Source of the DNA: a virus
Virus record (IMG/VR): IMGVR_UViG_3300017605_000154
Span: 13,258 to 77,257 of that record
DNA length: 64,000 nt
Direction: 5' to 3' (one strand)
The notes beneath the pieces are model-generated. The model was not told the origin of the DNA. It ran no database searches and was given only the letters and a program-made list of their open reading frames with translations. The position numbers and the translations under genes were made by a program. Positions 1-10,288 of the stretch are shown here, one piece after another; the first letter of the stretch is position 1; each line of letters begins with the position of its first letter.

Positions 1-2126
1 CAGACCTAGATTCAAACCATGTAACAGTCCTTACTGCACAGCAAGGTGATAAGCTCTACTATCACAGTAGTCTAGCAGGTGTAGTGGGTGCAACACAATT
101 TTCGGAATGTGTCGTAGGACAGGTTACGACAGATGGTGGCCCTGCTGTAAGAATCGGCGGCGGAACTGGATTTAGTGCTTACATTTTCAACGTAGTAACG
201 TTTGCTATTTGCGCTTTCAACAATGGCGCGTTCGTAATAATCGGATCAGACCTTTCGGCGTTTGTGTTTACTGATTCAGTCATTCGTTTGGAAGCTGAAG
301 GTAACACAGTTCGAGTATATATTGACGGTATCCTACGTGATACTAGATCAGATACACTAGTACCTAATGCTGGCAATGGTCCAGGCTGGCATCTCTATGA
401 TTCTGCCGGATCAGCAACAAAGAATATTGATAACTGGTCGGGCGGAGATATCGGTGTCGCCGCTTATGTCTATCTCGATCTTCAACCATCCGCTACTGAA
501 ACAAAAGAAATTCCCGATACCGCGACTGTCTACGTCGACATTCAAGCAATTACGACAGTTGAGACAGCGCAGTTTGTCGACAGTAACACTGCATACGTTG
601 ATTTGCAGGCGAGTGGCACCGAGGCGCGAGAAATCGCCGACACTGCAACGGTGTATATTGACCTGCAGGCGTCCGACACTCAGATATTCGAAGGAGTCGA
701 TAGTGGCAACGTTCCCCTACTATTCACGGTATCCGCAGTCGAACTACGCGACCGATTCGACAGCGACAACATCTACTTGGATCTCTCTGTCCAATACGTC
801 GAATTGGCCGAGTTGGCCGACGCAGCCACCGTATACGTGGACGTCCAAAGCAGCAGCACAGATATCGCTCAGTTCGTTGACGCGCAGACAGTTGGACTCG
901 TTCTGGCTCCGTCGAGCGCGGACACAATTCAAGCAGTCGATGCTGACTCGGTATATTTCGACCTTCAGGCATCTGGTACCGAATTCGTTGAGCGTGCAAC
1001 TCTCGACGCGGATACGGTGTACCTCGATATCTCAACCACATCGACGCAAGTCTTTGAAGGCGTTGATGCGCAAACCGTCTATGCTCTACTAACGCCTAGT
1101 GCGACTGACGTAGCTGACTTTGCGGAAGCAGCTTCAGTCTACCTCGATATTCAAACAAGCGATACCCAGGCTTTTGCAGGCATCGATGCGGCAACCGGAA
1201 ATCTCGTTATCACCATTACGAGTTCCGACATCATCATTGCCGTCGATACTGACTCGGTATATTTCGATCTGCAGGCATCGGGGAACGAATCCCAATCCGG
1301 CGCAACTAATGATGCGGACACGATCCTGGTCGATCTGCAGACTTCTGATACTCAGGTCTTCGAGGGCGTAGATGCTAACTCTGTGCTGGTCGATCTGCAG
1401 GTTGCGTCCACGGAGGAGTCTGCCACTGTTGACGCAACTACAGCTTTCGTAGCTATTACGCCGAGCGCAGCGGATACAGCGCAGTATGTAGAAGCCACTA
1501 GCGTTTACCTCGACCTGGATGCTTCCGGAACGGACGTCAAAGAAGGACTGCAGACCGACGCAGCTACGGTACTTGCCGATCTTCAACCATCAGGAACGGA
1601 TAGCGCCGATTACGTCGAAAGCGCCAGCGTCTACATCGACCTGCAAGCTTCCGGTGTAGATCAGTATATTGCGCCGACGCAAGATTCTGATACAGCATAT
1701 CTGGATTTGCAGGTAACGCAATCCGACATCGCTGCTACTAACGACGCAGCTACAGCGTACTTCGACATTAATGTCATTCAGCAGGACATCGCGATCTTCC
1801 TGGATGCTGCAACGGCTGTGGTGGGGTTGCAGCCGACAAGCAGCGAACTGCGTGAAATTTTCGAGTCTGCACAAGCATATCTTGATTTGCAAGTCGCTGC
1901 GATCGAGGTACCAGCATACATCGAAACGTTCACTGTTCCCCTGTACATATTTCCGACCTCGACGGAGTACAGAGAGGTTACGGATGCAGGCTCGGTTTAC
2001 CTTGATATCAACATATCAGGTCAGCCGATTCTGCTTGCTGTACTATCCGGGAAATTGCTTGGCCGCGTATGGGCAGCGAACTTCGGTAACAAGTGGAGAG
2101 GGCAGGTGATTAACCGATGGCAGTAG
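1..2126 (+). CDS. 5'-truncated acidic repeat-rich virion/fibre-like protein (lectin-like beta domain plus ~25 repeats of ~20 aa)
   Basis: Frame is open from position 3, so the true start lies upstream of the window; repeats of the form D(A/S)xxVYxDLQxSxT(D/E). Confidence 0.6.
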   Translation, partial: DLDSNHVTVLTAQQGDKLYYHSSLAGVVGATQFSECVVGQVTTDGGPAVRIGGGTGFSAYIFNVVTFAICAFNNGAFVIIGSDLSAFVFTDSVIRLEAEGNTVRVYIDGILRDTRSDTLVPNAGNGPGWHLYDSAGSATKNIDNWSGGDIGVAAYVYLDLQPSATETKEIPDTATVYVDIQAITTVETAQFVDSNTAYVDLQASGTEAREIADTATVYIDLQASDTQIFEGVDSGNVPLLFTVSAVELRDRFDSDNIYLDLSVQYVELAELADAATVYVDVQSSSTDIAQFVDAQTVGLVLAPSSADTIQAVDADSVYFDLQASGTEFVERATLDADTVYLDISTTSTQVFEGVDAQTVYALLTPSATDVADFAEAASVYLDIQTSDTQAFAGIDAATGNLVITITSSDIIIAVDTDSVYFDLQASGNESQSGATNDADTILVDLQTSDTQVFEGVDANSVLVDLQVASTEESATVDATTAFVAITPSAADTAQYVEATSVYLDLDASGTDVKEGLQTDAATVLADLQPSGTDSADYVESASVYIDLQASGVDQYIAPTQDSDTAYLDLQVTQSDIAATNDAATAYFDINVIQQDIAIFLDAATAVVGLQPTSSELREIFESAQAYLDLQVAAIEVPAYIETFTVPLYIFPTSTEYREVTDAGSVYLDINISGQPILLAVLSGKLLGRVWAANFGNKWRGQVINRWQ

Positions 2127-2410
2127 TGCTAACTAAGGGTACTGTTGAATTCCTTCCAATTCGTGTATCTGATGCGCTAGGCAATCTCGGAACGCTGGAT
2201 GGAACTGGATTGGCTTACGATCTGTACCACGATGACGAAGCTGAGACTGTAGTGCTTACGAGCCAAAGCGCGCAGAACGATGGCATGCTTGCACTTCCGC
2301 TAATTGATACAACAACACTCGCTGAAGGGCCATATTGCGTGTTTATCAAGTTTACAACCTTCCCCGAAACACCGCGTCTCGGGCCGTACAAGTTCCGCGT
2401 CGATGATTGA
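2117..2410 (+). CDS. Small beta-rich hypothetical virion protein (BppU-N/Ig-like)
   Basis: Overlaps both neighbours; DTTTLAEGPY..F pattern. Confidence 0.45.
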   Translation: MAVVLTKGTVEFLPIRVSDALGNLGTLDGTGLAYDLYHDDEAETVVLTSQSAQNDGMLALPLIDTTTLAEGPYCVFIKFTTFPETPRLGPYKFRVDD

Positions 2411-3782
2411 CAAAGCTAAAGTCTTTGAAGAGGTAGGGTACGAACCTCACCCTGCACAGAAACTCTTCCACGACTCCGAAGCTAGGCATCGTATTGCATG
2501 CTGCGGTCGCCGCTTCGGTAAGTCACTCATGGCCGGACACGAAATGACGGCTGCGCTGTTCGTGCCGAATTCTGTCTACTGGATCGTCGGCCCAACCTAC
2601 AAGCTCGGCGAAAAAGAGTTTCGTGTTGTCTTCGATGATTTCTTCCGCAAGCTCCCATTCGCACAGGACAAGCGATTTAAGAAGGCGTACAATCTCGACC
2701 AGGGCAACATGCGAATCGAGACTCCGTGGAATTCACGCCTTGAGGTAGTCTCGGCAGATAAGCAAGACTCACTCGTCGGTGAAGGTCTTGACGGCGTCAT
2801 CATGTCTGAGGCAGCACTGCATAAGAAGGATACTTGGCAGATGTACATTCAGCCTGCCTTGCTTGACAAAAAGGGCTGGGCAATCTTCCCATCGACGCCT
2901 CGCGGACACAACTGGTACGAGGACATCTACATGATGGGCCTCGACCCAACTATGTCGAATTGGGATTCGTGGCGATTCCCCACATGGGCGAACACTGCGA
3001 TCTTCCCTGAAGGTGAGAACGATCCAGAGCTAATTGCAATCAAGAAGGATGCTTCGGAGTTTCACTGGCTGCAGGAGTACTGCGCTGAGTTCACTGCAAT
3101 CGAAGGAAAGATTTACAGCGAGTTCGATCGACGTGTTCACGTTACAGATATTGCCTACAATCCGATGTGGGCGAACTATCAAGCATGGGATCATGGCTTC
3201 GCTGATCCTACCGTCTGCCTCGACATTATGGTAGACAACCTCGACAACGTCTACGTATGGCGCGAGTATCAGGTGAGGCGCAAGACCACCACAGAGCATG
3301 CGCTAACTTTGATGACGCGAGAGAATCCATACGGCTATCACGTCGATGGACGTTTCGGTGGTACTGCAGATGCTAACGAGCATGCAACGATTGGCGCTGT
3401 TATGGGGCCAGTCATTTCTAGGGTCACACCTTGGATTCATGGCATCGAAGCTGTGAAGCGAGCCATGAAGATCCAGAACGATGGTCGGCCCAAGTTCTTT
3501 GTGGATCGTTCATGCACCGAACTTATTAGACAACTCGAAAACTTGCGAACTCCGGATGAGAGGCTTGGAAGGAATGCGAAGGAAGGTCAGCACGATTACG
3601 ACGACCACGGCCCTGATGCCCTTCGATATTTCTTTAATGAGAAGTTTGTCTGGGGATACCACGCTGGGAGCCTGGGTGCCGTCTATAGTGCGCAACCAGG
3701 GAAGGTTCCATTGGAATCACTTTTGACATACGACGCACAACTCACAGTGCCGGGAGCAATTTCCTATGGCCCGCAGATTTAG
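2403..3782 (+). CDS. terL: Terminase large subunit
   Basis: Walker A CGRRFGKS, Walker B GVIMSEA, STPRG motif, RNase H-like DHGFADP and DHGPDALRY; start moved to ATG 2403 (MIDKAK). Confidence 0.95.
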   Translation: MIDKAKVFEEVGYEPHPAQKLFHDSEARHRIACCGRRFGKSLMAGHEMTAALFVPNSVYWIVGPTYKLGEKEFRVVFDDFFRKLPFAQDKRFKKAYNLDQGNMRIETPWNSRLEVVSADKQDSLVGEGLDGVIMSEAALHKKDTWQMYIQPALLDKKGWAIFPSTPRGHNWYEDIYMMGLDPTMSNWDSWRFPTWANTAIFPEGENDPELIAIKKDASEFHWLQEYCAEFTAIEGKIYSEFDRRVHVTDIAYNPMWANYQAWDHGFADPTVCLDIMVDNLDNVYVWREYQVRRKTTTEHALTLMTRENPYGYHVDGRFGGTADANEHATIGAVMGPVISRVTPWIHGIEAVKRAMKIQNDGRPKFFVDRSCTELIRQLENLRTPDERLGRNAKEGQHDYDDHGPDALRYFFNEKFVWGYHAGSLGAVYSAQPGKVPLESLLTYDAQLTVPGAISYGPQI

Positions 3783-5241
3783 CCCTCGCATCTTCGCGCA
3801 GGATCGGCCGGACTTTACCGATCCGCGAAAGGTCGAATCGGGTACATCTCTCGCCTCCAAGGGAACTGTTCCCGTTCCTGCAGATGCGATGAAGGAACAG
3901 GGATCTTCGACCCCCGTCAAGATTCCAGACGTTGTTCCCAAGTTCGTCAATCGCCAGCAAGCGATTCGCGTTTACGAGGAGATGCGGAACAGCGATGTCA
4001 CGGTGGACGTGTCATTGCGCGCAACGAAAGTTCCGATTCAGGGCGCACAGTTCTTCATGCAGCCCTTCGATGACAAGCCCATCAATCACGATATCCATGA
4101 GTTCACAGAATTCAATATCTTCCAAGGTGGATCGCGTCCGTTCATCCTAGTGCTGGAAGATATCCTCCGCATGTTCGATGATGGTTTTTCAATTCTCGAA
4201 CCTGTGTGGGAAACGCGCGAATGGTCGCCTAAGCGCGCAGGATCGAATCGCAAGAAGTATACGATGCTGCGCAAGCTCGCTGCTCGCCCCGGTGCAACCA
4301 TTTCAGAAATCAAGTACGACGACAATGGTGGCCCGACGAGTGTCGTGCAGAATGCAGTGAAGACGGACGGCACCACAGAAGAGGTTGAAATCGACATCGA
4401 GAAGCTGTTGATCTTCACCTTCGGTGGTGTTGGTGGCGACTTGCTCGGCAAGTCAATTCTCCGCACTGCATACGAGCCGTGGTTCTACAAGAACACGCTC
4501 TACAAGATCGACGCTATTCAGAAGGAAAGGAATGCTCTCGGCGTTCCAGGCATGAAGCTTCCAGAAGGCTTCACGACCGCCGATGTTAGCGCAGCCTGGG
4601 AAATGGTGACAAACATGCGCACTAACGAACGCGCAGGGTTTGTTGAGCCCCCTGGCTTTGAGTTCCGTTTTGAGCGACTAGAAGGGCAGCCTGTCAATAT
4701 CCTGCCTTCTATCGAACATCACGATGCTCGCATCCTTCTGAACGTTATGGCGCAGTTCCTACTTCTCGGTCTGCAGGGCGGTGGCGGTCGCGCTACATCA
4801 GGTGCGCACGTCGACATGTTCCAGAAGGCGATGAAGTATGTTGCCAACTATATCTGCGGCGTTTTCAATCTCTACCTCATTCCTCGACTCGTCGGTTACA
4901 ACTTCGATACGACTGAGTTCCCGACGATGCGTGTTCGGAATGTGGGCGAGACGAAGGATCTGCAGATGTGGGCTTCGGCGCATGCCAACCTGTTCTCGCA
5001 GGAAATCCTCACGAAGACATTCGAGACGGAAGAGTGGTATCGCGAAAATCTCGATATGCCGTATCTCACGAAGGAAGAGTACGATGCAGCACAGGAAGCT
5101 ATCAAGGCTGCAGCTTCTTCCTTCGGCGGTGCTGCTCCCACAAATGGAAACGGCAACGGCAAGGGTTCCGTTAATACCGAGAACGTTCGAAGCGGAACGG
5201 GAAATACAAACACTACGCCGGGAGCCGAAAGTGTTTCGTAA
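3766..5241 (+). CDS. Portal protein (Mu gp29/DUF935-like)
   Basis: Follows TerL; GFSILEPVW, GKSILRTAYEPW, ERNALGVP, LIPRLVGYNF motifs. Confidence 0.9.
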   Translation: MARRFSPRIFAQDRPDFTDPRKVESGTSLASKGTVPVPADAMKEQGSSTPVKIPDVVPKFVNRQQAIRVYEEMRNSDVTVDVSLRATKVPIQGAQFFMQPFDDKPINHDIHEFTEFNIFQGGSRPFILVLEDILRMFDDGFSILEPVWETREWSPKRAGSNRKKYTMLRKLAARPGATISEIKYDDNGGPTSVVQNAVKTDGTTEEVEIDIEKLLIFTFGGVGGDLLGKSILRTAYEPWFYKNTLYKIDAIQKERNALGVPGMKLPEGFTTADVSAAWEMVTNMRTNERAGFVEPPGFEFRFERLEGQPVNILPSIEHHDARILLNVMAQFLLLGLQGGGGRATSGAHVDMFQKAMKYVANYICGVFNLYLIPRLVGYNFDTTEFPTMRVRNVGETKDLQMWASAHANLFSQEILTKTFETEEWYRENLDMPYLTKEEYDAAQEAIKAAASSFGGAAPTNGNGNGKGSVNTENVRSGTGNTNTTPGAESVS

Positions 5242-5444
5242 GCTTCAGGAGGTACTGAATTGGCGAAATCAGGGTCGAGTGCATGGTCCCATTCGGAGCC
5301 TGGAAGTGGCCCTACGCCCGTATACACTGACGACAATGACAAAGCAATCAAAGGTGGATGGCGAAGAGATACGCCGCCGATTGCTTACCCCGCAGTATGG
5401 CCTCCTCCCGACCCCGAACCAGAAGAGTAGGGGGTGAATGAATA

Positions 5445-6719
5445 GTGCCCTGGGAAGTAAGAGCGAACGGCGATCAGTTCTGCGTGTACAAGAAGGGTGA
5501 GAACGCAGAGGTTGCATGTCACCCTACTCGCGAAGAGGCAGTTCGTCAGATGCGAGCTTTGTACGCGAACGAAGGCACGATGAAGCATAGCCTGATCGCG
5601 TTCAGCGACAACGTACTTGAAGATGCACCGGGTGAGCCTGAAAACGTCAAGTGGCTAAAGGCTTGGCGGTATAGCTCTTGGGAGCATCCCAAGTATGGAC
5701 TTGTCGAAATCACTCGCGAGCTTGGTCAGGAGTTCAAGACCAATTTCGATGAGCGTGTCTTCGGTAGAGAGCATCTCGTCAACTACGAGCATGGTGTCGA
5801 CCCTGCAAAGGGTTACAAGGCTGCAGGCACCATCATGGATATCGACCCGCGTGAGGATGGTATCTATTACAAGGTGATGTTCACGCAGCCTGCACTCAAG
5901 GAAATCAAGGATGGCGAGTGGAAGTATCTCTCGCCCGAGTACAAGGATACTTGGACTGATCCGGAAACCAATGCCGATTTCAAGAACGTTCCAATTGATC
6001 TGGCATTGACGAACGATCCGTACTTCCGCCAGCAGGCTCCGCTGAACTTTTCGGAGCATGGCATTGAGTTGGAAGTTATCACGACAGACCCACCGAAGGG
6101 AGGAAGTGAAGTGGACGAACTTCTCAAGAAGTTCGCAGACAAGCTCGGTGTCGAAATCAAGGACGATGCAGATGAGGATTCAATCCTTAAGGCTGCAGAG
6201 GAACTGAACAAGACGATTGAGCCTCTGCGCAAGGCAAAGGAAGAGGGCGCTCGCGCTCGCACATTCCGCGAGGCGTTCCCTGACGAGTACAAGCGGATGA
6301 AGAAGCTGGAAGAGACTGCAATCGAGACAGATGCACTCACGTTTGCAGAGGACTATGCTCGCTTCACCGTGCGTGATGGTGAGAATGCATGGAAGTCCAC
6401 CTATGGATTCTCGCAGCTTGTCCTTGACAAGATTCAGGACGTTCATCGGAAGTTCTCGCTCCGCGAGGTTGACGAGAAGGATCTGAAGGAACTTCTTGAT
6501 CTGATCGGCGACAAGGGCATCGTGGATTACTCGGAGCATGGTAGCTCTCGCACCATCGAAGGTCGTGTTCGCTCCGAAGATCCGAAGATTGCCTTTAGCG
6601 AGGCAGTTCTCGAGATTCAGGAGAAGGATCAGGTTACGTACGAGGCAGCGATCACTCTGGCTTCAACGAAGTATCCTGAGTTGTACGATGCATACCTGAA
6701 GGCCGTTCCCCAGCGGTAA
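5445..6719 (+). CDS. Prohead protease/scaffold (Mu gpI-like)
   Basis: VNYEH, KAAG, EWKYLSPEY, ALTNDPYF motifs followed by a helical scaffold region. Confidence 0.85.
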   Translation: MPWEVRANGDQFCVYKKGENAEVACHPTREEAVRQMRALYANEGTMKHSLIAFSDNVLEDAPGEPENVKWLKAWRYSSWEHPKYGLVEITRELGQEFKTNFDERVFGREHLVNYEHGVDPAKGYKAAGTIMDIDPREDGIYYKVMFTQPALKEIKDGEWKYLSPEYKDTWTDPETNADFKNVPIDLALTNDPYFRQQAPLNFSEHGIELEVITTDPPKGGSEVDELLKKFADKLGVEIKDDADEDSILKAAEELNKTIEPLRKAKEEGARARTFREAFPDEYKRMKKLEETAIETDALTFAEDYARFTVRDGENAWKSTYGFSQLVLDKIQDVHRKFSLREVDEKDLKELLDLIGDKGIVDYSEHGSSRTIEGRVRSEDPKIAFSEAVLEIQEKDQVTYEAAITLASTKYPELYDAYLKAVPQR

Positions 6720-6736
6720 GAGAGGAGGTTGAATAA

Positions 6737-7132
6737 ATGGCTGACTCTAACTTCGTTCTCGCTCGCGGCTTCAATGCCGATGCAGCAATTGTCAAGAACC
6801 GTGCTGTAAAGAAGGGAACGGCAGCCGAGAGTGTTACTCCCGTCACTGCCGCAGGCGATGTTGTTCTGGGAATCTCAGCGTTCGATTGCACTGCAGCCGA
6901 GATTCTTAAGGGCAAGGGCGCGTCTGTGCAGATGATGGGTGTGGTCGAAATGGAAGCTTCAGTCGCTCTTGCAGTTGGTGCGCTTGTCGGCATCTCTGCT
7001 AATGGTCGAGCGGCTGCGGCCGGTGCAGGTATTCGCACCATTGGCGTTGTTGTTGGCAACCCGTCAACCAATGCAGGCGACGTGGTCAGTGTCCTTCTGG
7101 GCCTGCCCGGTCTGCTTGGCGTCGGCGCATAG
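6737..7132 (+). CDS. Capsid decoration/cement protein (DUF2190-like)
   Basis: Small Ala/Gly/Val-rich protein between protease and capsid; GGAGG RBS. Confidence 0.75.
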   Translation: MADSNFVLARGFNADAAIVKNRAVKKGTAAESVTPVTAAGDVVLGISAFDCTAAEILKGKGASVQMMGVVEMEASVALAVGALVGISANGRAAAAGAGIRTIGVVVGNPSTNAGDVVSVLLGLPGLLGVGA

Positions 7133-7150
7133 GAAGGGAGGTAAGAGTAG

Positions 7151-8158
7151 ATGTACGATCCTAGCGCACTTTACACCGATCCGATTCTTACCAACCTTTC
7201 GGTAGGGTTCAAGGATCAGTCCCTCTATGGCGCGGAGCTTTTCCCGATCACTCCGGTCAATACTCAGTCCGGTCGATATCGCGTTTTCGATCGTTCGGAT
7301 TGGGTGATCTTTGAGGATCGCCGTGAACCGGGCGACGTTGCGCGTGAAGTTCGTGGTCGGAAGTGGAGTGAGGACACGTTCCGCACTTCCGAGCATTCGC
7401 TTCAGGGTGCAGTTAACGACGAAGAGAACCAGCAGCTTAATTCGCAGGGTGGTCTTGCGAACGCTGCATTCGGCGGCGCACTTCAGATCGACCCACATGC
7501 GGATCAGACGAAGCTTCTTACCCGTGCGATTCTTCTCAAGCATGAGTTGAAGGTTTCGACACTGATTCGCGACACTGCTCAGTATCCGGTTGGCAACACA
7601 GTTACACTTGCCGGTGCGCAGAATTGGGACGATTACACGGGTGGCGTTGCTTCCACGTCGAATCCGGTCAATGACATTCTGGTGGGCATGCGGAAGGTTT
7701 ACAGCCTTACGCGGCGTTACCCGAATGTTCTCGCGATCCCGACGATGGGAATGTCCTACATCGAGAACCATCCTCGCATCATCGATCGGTTCAAGAACTT
7801 CAGGCTCACGCAGGATGATGCATTCCGCCTGCTTACGGGCTTCGAAGGTAGGATCATCAACGTCGACTCCGTGTACAACTCGGCAAACAACATCGATGCA
7901 ACGCCTTCTATCACGGACTTTTGGGGGAAGGACGTTTGGCTTGGGATCGTTGATCCTAACCCTGGCCTTCTCACCATGACGTTCGGGAAGACGTTTGCAC
8001 AGTCGTATCCGAATGGTGGAATTCGGCCTACGGATCGTTGGCGCGAAGAGGATCGTAAGGCAGATGTGATTCGCGTTTCGATGAAGTACGATCTGAAGAT
8101 CGTCTCGAACGTCGCAGGCTATCTCATCAAGACGGCGTTCTCGGCTGGCGCTTTCTAA
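7151..8158 (+). CDS. Major capsid protein (HK97 fold)
   Basis: 335 aa; DPILTNLSVGF N-terminus and AGYLIKTA C-terminus typical of this capsid family; synteny. Confidence 0.9.
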   Translation: MYDPSALYTDPILTNLSVGFKDQSLYGAELFPITPVNTQSGRYRVFDRSDWVIFEDRREPGDVAREVRGRKWSEDTFRTSEHSLQGAVNDEENQQLNSQGGLANAAFGGALQIDPHADQTKLLTRAILLKHELKVSTLIRDTAQYPVGNTVTLAGAQNWDDYTGGVASTSNPVNDILVGMRKVYSLTRRYPNVLAIPTMGMSYIENHPRIIDRFKNFRLTQDDAFRLLTGFEGRIINVDSVYNSANNIDATPSITDFWGKDVWLGIVDPNPGLLTMTFGKTFAQSYPNGGIRPTDRWREEDRKADVIRVSMKYDLKIVSNVAGYLIKTAFSAGAF

Positions 8159-8177
8159 ACAGAGAGGATTGAGATAG

Positions 8178-8528
8178 ATGGCATCAGGAACGTATTACGC
8201 TTGGAGTCCGATCAGGGCAGGCACGGCTGAAAAGCCTGTCGCCATTGATCGTGGCGACAAGGTTACAAAGGACGCACTCGGCGTTGACGACGCCAATTGG
8301 GCAGCACTTATCGAATCTGGTGCTGTTCGCGACAAGGAGTTTCCTGCAGATAAGGATTACGAAGGTTCGGTAATCGACTACCTTCGTGACAAGCTGCAGG
8401 AGGCTCAGGCAATGTCTGGTGCTGTAGAGGAAGAGGAAGCGGCTTCGCAGCTTTCAGCGGTTGCTGCAGCCGCAGAGCCTTCCGTGGCACCAGAGCCGTC
8501 GTCGTCGTCCTCGTCGGGTAAGAAGTAG
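8178..8528 (+). CDS. Hypothetical head-associated protein
   Basis: RBS, position after capsid, low-complexity C-terminus. Confidence 0.6.
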   Translation: MASGTYYAWSPIRAGTAEKPVAIDRGDKVTKDALGVDDANWAALIESGAVRDKEFPADKDYEGSVIDYLRDKLQEAQAMSGAVEEEEAASQLSAVAAAAEPSVAPEPSSSSSSGKK

Positions 8529-8536
8529 GTTGTGTT

Positions 8537-8974
8537 GTGCTAGCGAGTATTGACGACATCAACACCTTTCTGCCGCAGGACAAGCTTTCTGCAACAGACG
8601 GGAACGAGGAGATTGCTCGTCATCAAATCGACGTTGATCGTGTAATCAAAGGGTACTTGTCTAGCACGTATACAGCCGCAATCCTCGCTGCATGGGTCGA
8701 CCCCGATGATACACCACCATTCATTAGGAGCATCGCGGGTCGGCTCATCGCAGCGTGGCATTATGCAAGAAAGCTTTCCGAGAATCTTCCAGATTGGGAT
8801 AGGACATATCCACAAAGGCTGTACGATGAAGCGATGGCAATGTTGCTTCGTGTGCAAGAGGGCGACGTCGATCTAGGTATTCCTGGCGAAACACCGGGAA
8901 CTGGTTTCAGCGAAGACTTCTTCTATCCCAACAAGAATACTGAGCCTGTCTTCACAATGGACATGCGCTTCTAA
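8537..8974 (+). CDS. Head-tail adaptor (Mu gp36/DUF1320-like)
   Basis: ASIDD start, IKGYL, LYDEAMAMLLRVQEGDVDLG. Confidence 0.75.
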   Translation: MLASIDDINTFLPQDKLSATDGNEEIARHQIDVDRVIKGYLSSTYTAAILAAWVDPDDTPPFIRSIAGRLIAAWHYARKLSENLPDWDRTYPQRLYDEAMAMLLRVQEGDVDLGIPGETPGTGFSEDFFYPNKNTEPVFTMDMRF

Positions 8975-9570
8975 TGTCGGTCGTCTTCCCGACTACGCGG
9001 GTTAATCTCGACTTCGAGTGGGAGAACGATCTTCCCGTCGAGATTAACTACAAGCTCGCACAGCTTGAAGGTTATCTGGAAGACACTGAATACCTGATGG
9101 AGCGCGCAATGCGCATTCTCCAGCGGGACATGAGGCGCAAGTTCGAAACTGAAACCGACCCCGATGGTATGCATTGGGAAACACTCGTCAAGCCCGAATC
9201 GAACCAGATCGGTATTCTTCGCAGAGGCTCTACAAATGCAGACATGTATCGCGCTGCTATCTCCGATGAAGCTTGGTCGGCCTCTCCTGTGGGGGTCTTC
9301 TTCGATTCGGGTGCGATGCCGGACTACTGGATTCACCATGAACAGCCTGATGGTGGAGCGCATCGAATTCCAAAGCGTGAGTTCATCGCACCTACAGCGC
9401 AAGCTCAGGACGAAATCGAAGTAATGGCTGCAACATGGATGGATGCAGGCGTCGAAGCGATTACCGAAGGGTTCTCTGGATTCTCTGGATTCACTGGAGT
9501 CTTCAATCCTAAGAGTGGTCGCTTCCATGATCCTTCTACTGGCAAGTTCGTGAAGGCTCCACTAATCTAG
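8974..9570 (+). CDS. Virion morphogenesis/tail completion protein (Mu gpG-like)
   Basis: FETETDPDGMHW, YWIHHEQ, IPKREFI motifs. Confidence 0.75.
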   Translation: MSVVFPTTRVNLDFEWENDLPVEINYKLAQLEGYLEDTEYLMERAMRILQRDMRRKFETETDPDGMHWETLVKPESNQIGILRRGSTNADMYRAAISDEAWSASPVGVFFDSGAMPDYWIHHEQPDGGAHRIPKREFIAPTAQAQDEIEVMAATWMDAGVEAITEGFSGFSGFTGVFNPKSGRFHDPSTGKFVKAPLI

Positions 9571-9572
9571 GT

Positions 9573-10064
9573 ATGCCGTATTACACGCGACCCGAGGAAG
9601 TGCTAGTAGCACTGAAGACTCTCTTCGAAGTCAATGGGCCACTACTCGGATTCCGCTACGTTGCAACGCAGGAAGAGAAGCTGATCCCCGAGTATCCTTG
9701 TATTCAAATTGCATCAGAGCCACTACTACGCGAGATTCATGGTACGTACACTTTCGAAGGTACGTTTGTTTTCGTCTTCTGGATCTACCACGCCAACTTC
9801 GAAGTTGGGCATGCTGTACGTACGATCGAAGACATGCAGCTTGCTACCAAGGTCGTTCAATTCCTCCACAGGCCGGACGTTCGCATGCTACGCGAAGGTG
9901 CAACTGCAGAGGGCGATATCGTGACAACCGAAGATAAACTGATTTTCAGCTACGTGTCTCTCGAAACTCCCGGTATGGTGCAAGTACAGGCGCGGACTGA
10001 AGAAGTTATCACGACGCGGCTTTTGTGGCTAGGCACGTCTCAGGAAAGATTCGAAAAGGGCTAG
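9573..10064 (+). CDS. Putative tail terminator
   Basis: Size and position before the tail tube; YPCI motif. Confidence 0.55.
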   Translation: MPYYTRPEEVLVALKTLFEVNGPLLGFRYVATQEEKLIPEYPCIQIASEPLLREIHGTYTFEGTFVFVFWIYHANFEVGHAVRTIEDMQLATKVVQFLHRPDVRMLREGATAEGDIVTTEDKLIFSYVSLETPGMVQVQARTEEVITTRLLWLGTSQERFEKG

Positions 10065-10072
10065 GAGGCGAG

Positions 10073-10288
10073 ATGAAGGTAGAGCTAAACGACGACTCAC
10101 TGCCAAAGGGTACAGAGCTTGCAGTAGCTAGCTTGGGTACGCTAGTAAATGGTAAAGCAGTTGAGTTTGACGACGAGGCAGTAGCGACTTTTGAAGCTGC
10201 AACAGGGCAGAAGCTTGCTACCGCATTCAAGGGCAATGCGAATGTTTCTGTTAGTGGGAGTTCTTCAAAGAAGGAAGGGGGTGAGTAA
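10073..10288 (+). CDS. Small hypothetical protein
   Basis: AGGAGG RBS then ATG 10073; TAATG overlap with next gene. Confidence 0.6.
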   Translation: MKVELNDDSLPKGTELAVASLGTLVNGKAVEFDDEAVATFEAATGQKLATAFKGNANVSVSGSSSKKEGGE

